From contig JBBTWK010000030.1 in the NCBI GenBank assembly GCA_038062805.1, positions 1-29,268 on the forward strand: DNA of 29,268 nt, in the 5' to 3' direction. A program made the translations under genes and the position numbers. Each line of letters opens with the position of its first letter. Within the stretch, counting starts at the first letter, position 1. The stretch comes from Patescibacteria group bacterium (GTDB lineage: Bacteria; Patescibacteriota; Saccharimonadia; Saccharimonadales; UBA10212). The notes beneath the pieces were generated by a model. It saw nothing but the letters and a program-made list of their open reading frames with translations, was not told the DNA's origin and searched no databases. Shown here in pieces: positions 22,704-29,268 of the stretch.

Positions 22704-24581
22704 ATGGATAATAACAAAAAGCAGTTTCGCCTCGGTGGTGGTGGAAGTGGCAGCGAAAAAAGTAGCCGCTTTAAAAACTTTGGCTTTGCAACATTACTGA
22801 TATTATTTGGCCTGGTAATTTATGCGGCCTTTAACCAGCCCAGCCAATTAAAAGAAGTACCCTTTTCTCAGGTAGTCAACGATGCCAATTCCGGTAAATT
22901 AGCTAAAATCACCATTAAGGGTAACCAGTTGGATGTTACGCCTTTAGGTGCAGCCAAGCCAACCGAAAAATCCTTCAAGGAAGAAGGCTCTACAATTTAC
23001 CAGCAGGGGTTGCAGCAAGGGAAGGTAGAGATTGTTAATAAGCCTAGTTCTAGCGGCGGAAACATTTGGATGCAGCTGGCTGTTAATATCTTGCCGATAG
23101 TAGTTATAGCGGCAATTTTGATTTTTATGTTTCGTAGCGCTCAAGGCCAAGGCAACCAGGCTCTATCTTTTGGTAAAAGCCGGGCCAGGCTTTATGGTAA
23201 CGAGAAAGATAAAATTACCTTTGCCGATGTCGCCGGCAACGACGAATCCAAACAAGACCTCCAAGAGGTTGTCGAGTTTTTGAAGTTCCCGAAGAAATTC
23301 GAAGGCGTAGGAGCCAAAATTCCCAAAGGCGTACTGCTGGTCGGGCCGCCGGGCACCGGTAAAACTTTATTAGCCCGGGCTGTGGCTGGTGAGGCTAATG
23401 CCCCGTTCTTTAGTATTAGCGGCTCAGAATTTGTGGAGATGTTTGTGGGTGTCGGTGCCAGCCGTGTACGTGACTTGTTCGCCAAAGCTAAGAAAAATGC
23501 TCCATGCATCATCTTTATAGATGAAATAGACGCCGTAGGCCGCCGCCGGGGATCCGGTATGGGTGGTGGGCACGACGAGCGCGAGCAGACACTTAACCAA
23601 ATCCTGGTCGAGATGGACGGTTTTGAGCAGGGCGTGAATGTTATTGTCTTGGCGGCCACCAACCGCAGCGACGTGCTCGATCCAGCGCTACTGCGGCCCG
23701 GCCGTTTTGACCGCCGTGTCAACATCGACCTGCCTGACCGTCCCGACCGAAAATTAATTTTGGAAACCCACTTTAAAGAAAAACCGGTCAGCAAAGATGT
23801 CGACCTGGATGCCCTGGCGGCTAAAACGGCCGGCTCATCTGGGGCGGACCTGGCCAACATCGCTAACGAAGCAGCCATTTTGGCAGCCCGGCACAACCGC
23901 AAGGTGATTGAAAACGAAGACGTGGTCCAGGCCTTTGAAAAAGTCGCCCTCGGCCCGGAACGCAAGAGTAAGATTTTGAGTGACAAAGAAAAAGAATTGA
24001 CGGCTTATCATGAGGCCGGACATGCGGTAGTTGGTCATGTATTGCCGGATAGCGACATGGTGCATAAGGTGACCATTATTCCACGTGGTGCGACCGGCGG
24101 TGTGACTTGGTTTATTCCACCCGAAGACAAAAGCTACCACAGCATTATTGAGTTTTAAGATGTGTTAGCGCGAATGCTGGGCGGCCGGGTAGCCGAAGAG
24201 TTTGTTTATGGGCCGGACCGTGTAACCACCGGTGCTGGCTCGGACTTGCAAAAAGCTGCCGAGCTGGCTCGCGACATGATTGTTAACCAAGGTATGGGCA
24301 AAGGCCTGCGCGATCAAGTCTTTCACACCGATGATGGCATGATGTTCGAAAAAATGATGCACGAGCGCCAGTATTCCGACGAAACAGCCAAGCTTATTGA
24401 TGACGAAGTCGAGCACCTGATAACTGAGGCCGGCCAACGTGCTCGTGAAGTACTGAAAGTTAATATGCCAAAACTCGAGCAACTCAAAGTGGCGCTACTA
24501 GAAAAAGAGACTGTCGAAGCCGAAGAAGTCCTGAAGATCCTTGAAGGTTCGGTCATGCCCCGCGAAGCTGCTCTATACTGA
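22704..24581 (+). pseudogene. ftsH: ATP-dependent zinc metalloprotease FtsH interrupted by one in-frame TAA (24156-24158); true nonsense allele or sequence error
   Basis: Two TMs, Walker A GPPGTGKT, Walker B IFIDEID, SRH RPGRFDR and HEAGH. ORFs 22704-24158 and 24162-24581 share a frame and read ...SIIEF*DVLARMLGGRVAEE...GAGSDL. Confidence 0.9.
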
Positions 24582-24611
24582 TAGAGTCTCGCACAATGTT
24601 AGAATAAGGGT

Positions 24612-25649
24612 ATGGCTATTGAGAGAATTGTCAACACTACGCCGCCGGATGACGAGGATGTTGACGAGCAAGAATTAGAACAAACCCTGCGGCCGCAGGA
24701 CTTTAAAAATTATGTTGGCCAGGAGCGCCTCAAAAAAAACCTCCAGTTGGCGATTAGCGCCGCTAAAAAACGCGGGGAACCGATTGATCACGTACTGCTT
24801 TATGGCCCGCCGGGGCTGGGTAAAACTACCATGGCGACGGTTATCGCCAATGAAATGGGCGCCCAAATTCGCATAACTAGCGGCCCGGCGATCGAGAGAG
24901 CCGGTGATTTAGCAAGCTTGCTGACCAATCTGCAAGACGGCGACATTTTATTCATTGATGAAATCCACCATCTTAACCGGACGGTCGAAGAAGTGTTGTA
25001 TCCGGCGATGGAAGATTTCAAGCTCGATATTATGCTAGGCAAAGGCCCAAGTGCCAAAAGCCTACGGCTGGAGCTACCGAAATTCACTATTATTGGCGCT
25101 ACCACACGGGCTGGCGCTTTGGGTGCACCATTGCGTGACCGTTTTGGTATGACCCACCGGCTGGAATTTTATACCCCCGAAGAAATTGCCAAAATTCTGC
25201 ACCGCTCGGCCAAGATTTTGGACGTACCAATTGATTCACCAGCAACTAAGCTGCTAGCCGAACGGGCCCGTCTGACACCGCGTATTGCCAACCGCCTTTT
25301 GAAGCGGGTGCGTGATTACGCCGACATCAACGGTGATGGCATCATTAACGAGCCGTTAACCCATAAAGCCCTGGATCTGCTAGAGATCGATAAACTGGGC
25401 CTTGATCCGGCCGATCGACATTTGCTGGGCGTTATCATCGAGCATCACGGTGGCGGGCCGGTCGGCGTCGAAACTCTAGCGGCATTAATGGCCGAAGAAC
25501 GTGGCACGATTGAAGATTTTTACGAACCCTACCTGATGCAAATTGGTCTGCTGGAACGCACACCCCGCGGCCGCAAAGTTACCCAGCGTGCTTGGCAGCA
25601 TCTAGGAAAATCGCCCAAAGCTAGCAAAGCCCAGCCTAAGTTACTATAG
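24612..25649 (+). CDS. ruvB: Holliday junction branch migration helicase RuvB
   Basis: [38 protein letters not shown] and EPYLMQ.G...RTPRGR. Confidence 0.98.
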   Translation: MAIERIVNTTPPDDEDVDEQELEQTLRPQDFKNYVGQERLKKNLQLAISAAKKRGEPIDHVLLYGPPGLGKTTMATVIANEMGAQIRITSGPAIERAGDLASLLTNLQDGDILFIDEIHHLNRTVEEVLYPAMEDFKLDIMLGKGPSAKSLRLELPKFTIIGATTRAGALGAPLRDRFGMTHRLEFYTPEEIAKILHRSAKILDVPIDSPATKLLAERARLTPRIANRLLKRVRDYADINGDGIINEPLTHKALDLLEIDKLGLDPADRHLLGVIIEHHGGGPVGVETLAALMAEERGTIEDFYEPYLMQIGLLERTPRGRKVTQRAWQHLGKSPKASKAQPKLL

Positions 25650-25657
25650 GCCAAATT

Positions 25658-26338
25658 ATGCCACTAGAAAACCAAGCTTCACAGCCGCCAAAGCACCAAC
25701 CACCCGACCATTTGCCCCCGTCGATAATGCCGCCAATTAACATGACCCGTTCGTCAGGACTTAGAGGCAGCGAAGACTTGCTGGAACCAGGTGAACAGCT
25801 GGTGGTGATTGTCAGGAAACATCCCATCGGCATCGTTGGCATATATGCTGAAGCGTTGGTCGGGTTGCTGGTTGTCTTTGGCTTATTCTTAACAATTGCG
25901 CCGGATTTTTTCGATGGGCTGTCTAATCAAGCTTATAAAATATTAGTTGGCGTAATCATTTTTGGCTTGGCGATATTGGTTTTATTTCTTTTCGTGGCAA
26001 CTTATGTCTATCGTCAGAGCCGGCTGTTGGTAACTGACCGCAGCTTAGTCCAGATTTTACAAAAAAGTCTGTTTATCCGTAAGATATCACGGCTGAGCAT
26101 GTCAAACGTCGAGGACGTGACTGCCGAGGAACGCGGTATGTTATCAACTATATTTAATTACGGCACAATCGTCGTCCAGACTGCCGGTACGCTAGATAAC
26201 TTCATTTTTCCTTACTGCCCAACCCCGGCTAAACATGCCGATCAAATTATTGAAGCTCGCCAACGCTATGCCCGGGCCCTAGAAGAAGAACACGAGACAG
26301 AGCTAGCCCATCATCTGCACGATATGGGGTTAAGTTAA
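25658..26338 (+). CDS. Membrane protein with a bacterial PH-like domain
   Basis: LEPGE...RKH, two TM helices, then LLVTDRSLV...LSMSNVEDVT...FNYGTIVVQTAG. Confidence 0.75.
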   Translation: MPLENQASQPPKHQPPDHLPPSIMPPINMTRSSGLRGSEDLLEPGEQLVVIVRKHPIGIVGIYAEALVGLLVVFGLFLTIAPDFFDGLSNQAYKILVGVIIFGLAILVLFLFVATYVYRQSRLLVTDRSLVQILQKSLFIRKISRLSMSNVEDVTAEERGMLSTIFNYGTIVVQTAGTLDNFIFPYCPTPAKHADQIIEARQRYARALEEEHETELAHHLHDMGLS

Positions 26339-26463
26339 CACTTCTTTTTCCAAAAGAACCAAAACTACCTACTTTCACAAAGTAGCAAACTATTTATACT
26401 TTTGGCCGTTTCGCCTAGGCGGGCAAAACCTCCCGGGCGCAGCAAAAAGCAAATTCATCTGCC

Positions 26464-26539
26464 TGCCCCGCACTAAATCCTGAAGCAAGAAGAGAGGGAA
26501 TACCTCTATTTCGAGTCTTCAAGACTATAGTGCCGGGGC
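26464..26539. repeat. ~70-nt palindromic element, diverged copy 3
   Basis: Left arm TGCCCCGCACTAAATCCTGA is 17/20 identical to copy 1. Right arm TTCAAG...GTGCCGGGG. Confidence 0.6.
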
Positions 26540-26600
26540 GGGGGAATTAAGTCCGCCCGCCGAAGCTTTCTTGACCATCGAAGCTTTAGTGAAGCTTATT

Positions 26601-26670
26601 CACCTACGGGTACGACCCGCATAAGAGGTAGAACCCAATTGAGGGGACCTACGGGTCGTACCCGTAGGTG
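26601..26670. repeat. 19-bp perfect inverted repeat (REP-like)
   Basis: CACCTACGGGTACGACCCG (26601-26619) and CGGGTCGTACCCGTAGGTG (26652-26670). Confidence 0.85.
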
Positions 26671-26726
26671 CGCCAACAGCTACTCACGGTGAGGCAGCGT
26701 CTGAAAAAATTATGGGCAAGCGTTGT

Positions 26727-27032
26727 TTATTCGCTGAAGGGGTTTTTCCGGGCGGAATCGAATAAACTTTTGACTTCGGTACTGCTTTGCTCCAATGCCT
26801 GTATTTGTTCAATGGCGTTTTTGTCGACTTTGGGGATGGCCGACGTAGCAGCATCATCTGCCCCGGCTGGCAGTTCGGCCCTAGCCAGCTGGCTAATGCG
26901 CCAAACGACAAAAAGATAAGTTACTAGAACGATCATTAGAGCAATAAAGACGGCGTGCTTAGCCAGAATCGGCAGAAGTTCGTTAAATTTCGCTTGCAGT
27001 GTTTTCAAATTAAAATTTAAATTTTTACTCAT
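26727..27032 (-). CDS. Hypothetical single-TM protein, last gene of the pil operon
   Basis: One TM helix and a C-terminal ARKNPFSE. Overlaps the pilO-like stop. Confidence 0.75.
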   Translation of the reverse strand: MSKNLNFNLKTLQAKFNELLPILAKHAVFIALMIVLVTYLFVVWRISQLARAELPAGADDAATSAIPKVDKNAIEQIQALEQSSTEVKSLFDSARKNPFSE

Positions 27033-27679
27033 GGCTTCATAAAGATATTAATCGTCATCGTAAAGTTAATAAACTGGGTAGGGCCGCTGTCGCTGCCTTG
27101 CGGCTGGATGTTAACCTGGGTGATTTGGGCAGTACGACGGTTGTGCTCGATACGGCCCAGAAAATCAAGCAGTTTAGAATATGTTACCTGTTTGGCATCT
27201 GGTACGCCTGGCCCGGTCTGCGGCGAAATGGTTAGCTCAAGTGAGTATAAGCCGGCTATGCCTTCAACCAGCTTAGCCTGGGAAATAACACTGGCAGTGG
27301 GCGCCGTGGCAGCGTTATTGGAGGCGGGTGCAGTGGCTTTGGTGCCCAAACTGCTGGCCGGAAAGGTGACAGAAGCAATCGCAATGCCTGATTGATCGGC
27401 CAAACTGAAGATATCTAGTACGGCCTGGGCTTGGTCTTTATCGCTAGGCAGAACAGTTTTAGCTATATCGTTAAAATAAGCGTATTGTTCAACTTGCTTT
27501 TTAGAAGCTGCCAGGTTGGAGCTTTGAGCGTCAACGGTTCTGCTACGTTGTTCTAATTCAATCAGTTCCTGGGTCTTAGCCGATAAAAAACTAAGGCCGC
27601 CGATAACAATAATAAAGAAGACCAAGCCGGCACCAGCCAGCATACAGAGTAGAACTAATCGCATGCGGCTCTGGCTCAT
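27029..27679 (-). CDS. PilO-like type IV pilus assembly protein
   Basis: N-terminal TM, coiled coil, LP.DKD, and YSKLLDFLGRIEHNRR..ITQVNI. Lies downstream of pilM-pilN. GGAGG SD. Confidence 0.7.
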   Translation of the reverse strand: MSQSRMRLVLLCMLAGAGLVFFIIVIGGLSFLSAKTQELIELEQRSRTVDAQSSNLAASKKQVEQYAYFNDIAKTVLPSDKDQAQAVLDIFSLADQSGIAIASVTFPASSLGTKATAPASNNAATAPTASVISQAKLVEGIAGLYSLELTISPQTGPGVPDAKQVTYSKLLDFLGRIEHNRRTAQITQVNIQPQGSDSGPTQFINFTMTINIFMKP

Positions 27680-27822
27680 AATACTCCTCCGGAGCCATTA
27701 ACCATTGGCCATTTACTATTTACCATACATTGACCATTAACCATTAACCATTGTTCACGGATAATGGTTAACCGATAACGCACTGTGAACGGTGAATTGT
27801 GAACTGTAAACTGCAATTTCAT
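27676..27822 (-). other. Heptamer-repeat spacer that keeps an open 48-codon frame between pilN and the pilO-like gene
   Basis: MKLQFTVHNSPFTVRYRLTIIREQWLMVNGQCMVNSKWPMVNGSGGVL*. ATGA overlaps at both ends. Built from CCATTAA-like and TGTGAAC-like heptamers. Confidence 0.6.
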
Positions 27823-28412
27823 TGCTTGGCTCCTGGGACATTTAAGAATTGGCCCTTGGTGGACTTACTAAACAGGGCTCTAAAGGTGGCACTGCAGGGG
27901 TATGCACTGCCGGAAGTCGAGGAGCAATTGATGTTGATTATGTCGACTTTGTCGAAAATTTTGTTGTTAGGGTCGCTTAAGTTGACGGCGATTTGGGCAG
28001 ACGATGTATAGTCACGGGCGCTGGCGCTTAGATCTAGCCCGCCATCAACCTTGGACAAAGTAAGGCCTGAAAGAACCGTACCAGACGGCATGACCGAGCC
28101 AATTTGGATAATTAACCCAGAAAAACGAATCTCGCGCGACAGCACTTGGTTAATAATCTTAATATTGCTGGTTATATCGCTAGCTTTTTTCTGGGTGCCG
28201 GCTAAATCTTCCGCCCGTAACTGCTGATTTACAGAATCAATATTTTTGGTCAGATTTTTATTCTGCTGAGTGATATACATCCAGCTAACGGCCAAGATCA
28301 GTACTAAACCGCCGCACGCCAGCAGGGCCGCGACCAGCCAGCGGCGTAGGATCACATTTAGATGTGAGTAACGCAGGCTGGCGCCATAATCTGATGGCAA
28401 GAGATTTATCAC
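27819..28412 (-). CDS. pilN: Type IV pilus assembly protein PilN
   Basis: MINLLP start, one TM, coiled coil and a VMPSGTVLSGLT ferredoxin-like part. Overlaps the pilM stop. Confidence 0.88.
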   Translation of the reverse strand: MINLLPSDYGASLRYSHLNVILRRWLVAALLACGGLVLILAVSWMYITQQNKNLTKNIDSVNQQLRAEDLAGTQKKASDITSNIKIINQVLSREIRFSGLIIQIGSVMPSGTVLSGLTLSKVDGGLDLSASARDYTSSAQIAVNLSDPNNKIFDKVDIININCSSTSGSAYPCSATFRALFSKSTKGQFLNVPGAKQ

Positions 28413-29268
28413 GAGAATATCTCCTGCGAACTTAAAATTGCCTCGCCGGCTACGGTGACATACATCGAGCTGGCCAGATCAGTGGGCGGCGCAAGGTCAC
28501 CAAAATCGATGTTCGGCCAAGGGTCTAGCCGTCTGGTTGGTACCTCCAGTTCGCGACTTAAATATTCATTCAGACCGCGCATGGTGGCTCCGCCGCCGGT
28601 AGTAATAATTTGGCTGATTTTACGGTGTCGCTCGGCAGCCCGCTCGTCGTAGTAACGCATAATTTTACGGACTTCGCGAACCATCGGTTCTAAAATTGGG
28701 CGGGCGGCTTCCAAAACGGCCATGGTTTTAGCGCCGGGCCCGATGCCATATTGGCTCTTGATGACGTAGGCCTCGGAAGGTGTGACGTTGAGTTTTTTAG
28801 CAATCAAATTGGTCAGCGTGTCACTGCCGCCGCTGATCGTAGAGTTGACAAACATACTTTGGTCAAAGACCGCAATGTCGATAGCCATCGAGCCAAAATC
28901 AATTAATAGCGAGGCCTCGGAACTGGAAAGGTCGGCCATAGAAAAAAGCCGAGCCGCAGCATTCATAGTGGGTTCTAACGCTACCGGTATAAAGCCCACC
29001 GACTCTAAAAATTTAATGGTGCTGTCGACAATATTCTTGGGCGTAGCCACGACCAACAGATCGAGACCGGCCTGGTCCTGGCGCGAAATGTCATAATCGA
29101 GGTATAAATTTTCCAGAGAGATGGGGATGTATTGTTCGGCTTCCAACTTTACGGCGTCCTGGATCTCCTGCTTATCCATTGGCGGCAAGGTCATTGGCCG
29201 GCTAAAGGTGAACGATGTTGGGACGGTACAAGCTACGTGCTTGGTGCTAATATTGCCGACTAGTCGGT
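28409..29268 (-). CDS. pilM: Type IV pilus assembly protein PilM (actin-like); 5' end lies outside the window
   Basis: Frame is open to the window edge (...ACTVPTSFTFSRPMTLPPM). EAEQYIP, LLVVATPK, LLIDFG, ITTGGGA and VAGEA motifs. Confidence 0.92.
   Translation of the reverse strand, partial: RLVGNISTKHVACTVPTSFTFSRPMTLPPMDKQEIQDAVKLEAEQYIPISLENLYLDYDISRQDQAGLDLLVVATPKNIVDSTIKFLESVGFIPVALEPTMNAAARLFSMADLSSSEASLLIDFGSMAIDIAVFDQSMFVNSTISGGSDTLTNLIAKKLNVTPSEAYVIKSQYGIGPGAKTMAVLEAARPILEPMVREVRKIMRYYDERAAERHRKISQIITTGGGATMRGLNEYLSRELEVPTRRLDPWPNIDFGDLAPPTDLASSMYVTVAGEAILSSQEIFS

Noticed and set aside
24156-24158. Genetic-code reassignment explaining the ftsH stop
   Set aside because: TAA terminates many clear genes here (dnaK, rimK, ruvC, dus, pcm), and TGA also acts as a stop (dnaJ, yebC, ftsH end), so the standard code 11 fits.
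12773-25649. ruvB separated from ruvCA by 11 kb as a novelty
   Set aside because: Both genes are intact with their own promoter signals, and split ruvA/ruvB arrangements are not rare.
26421-26450. c-di-GMP-I (GEMM) riboswitch suggested by GGGCAAAACC
   Set aside because: There is no GNRA-capped P2 stem or GACGCAAA segment, and it lies between convergent gene ends.
26668-26919. ORFs 26668-26919(+) and 26684-26911(-)
   Set aside because: They are antisense or alternative-frame overlaps of the 101-aa pil-operon gene.
1-29268. Intact prophage, IS element, integrase, rRNA or self-splicing intron
   Set aside because: No transposase, integrase, phage structural, rRNA or intron-core motifs were recognised. 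Only short scars and repeats are present.

Overview
A 29 kb chromosomal window from a small-genome bacterium, most likely CPR/Patescibacteria and probably Saccharibacteria. That assignment is inferred from gene content, compact overlapping genes and repeat style, not proven. The housekeeping backbone is dnaK(3' end)-dnaJ, comEC-yebC-IMPase-ruvC-ruvA, dus, pcm, an ftsB/divIC-like gene, an RRM RNA-binding protein, gdhA, tilS, ftsH, ruvB and a type IV pilus pilM-pilN-pilO-like operon. There are four tRNAs: Lys(UUU) and three different CAU tRNAs (probably Ile2, fMet and Met). Main points of interest: (1) A candidate peptide-tagging writer/eraser module at 1984-7058: a DUF1704/MATCAP-like HExxH peptidase, a stand-alone GGDEF protein, a 37-aa prepilin-like peptide, an unusual RimB-type aspartic peptidase::ATP-grasp fusion and RimK. 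(2) Two tRNA-anchored, integrase-free cassette regions where tRNA-3'-end-derived repeats bracket nucleotidyltransferase-like cargo genes, plus an EamA gene bracketed by a duplicated dus start. (3) Several families of palindromic and heptamer micro-repeats, some inserted in frame into pcm, tilS and the pil operon. (4) An initiator tRNA with apparently co-varying non-canonical elbow bases (A18/G55). (5) An in-frame TAA inside ftsH. (6) Pervasive -10 boxes 6-8 nt upstream of start codons, suggesting leaderless mRNAs. No CRISPR array, rRNA or intact integrase/transposase was found. Family calls come from motif recognition by eye; no database searches were run.
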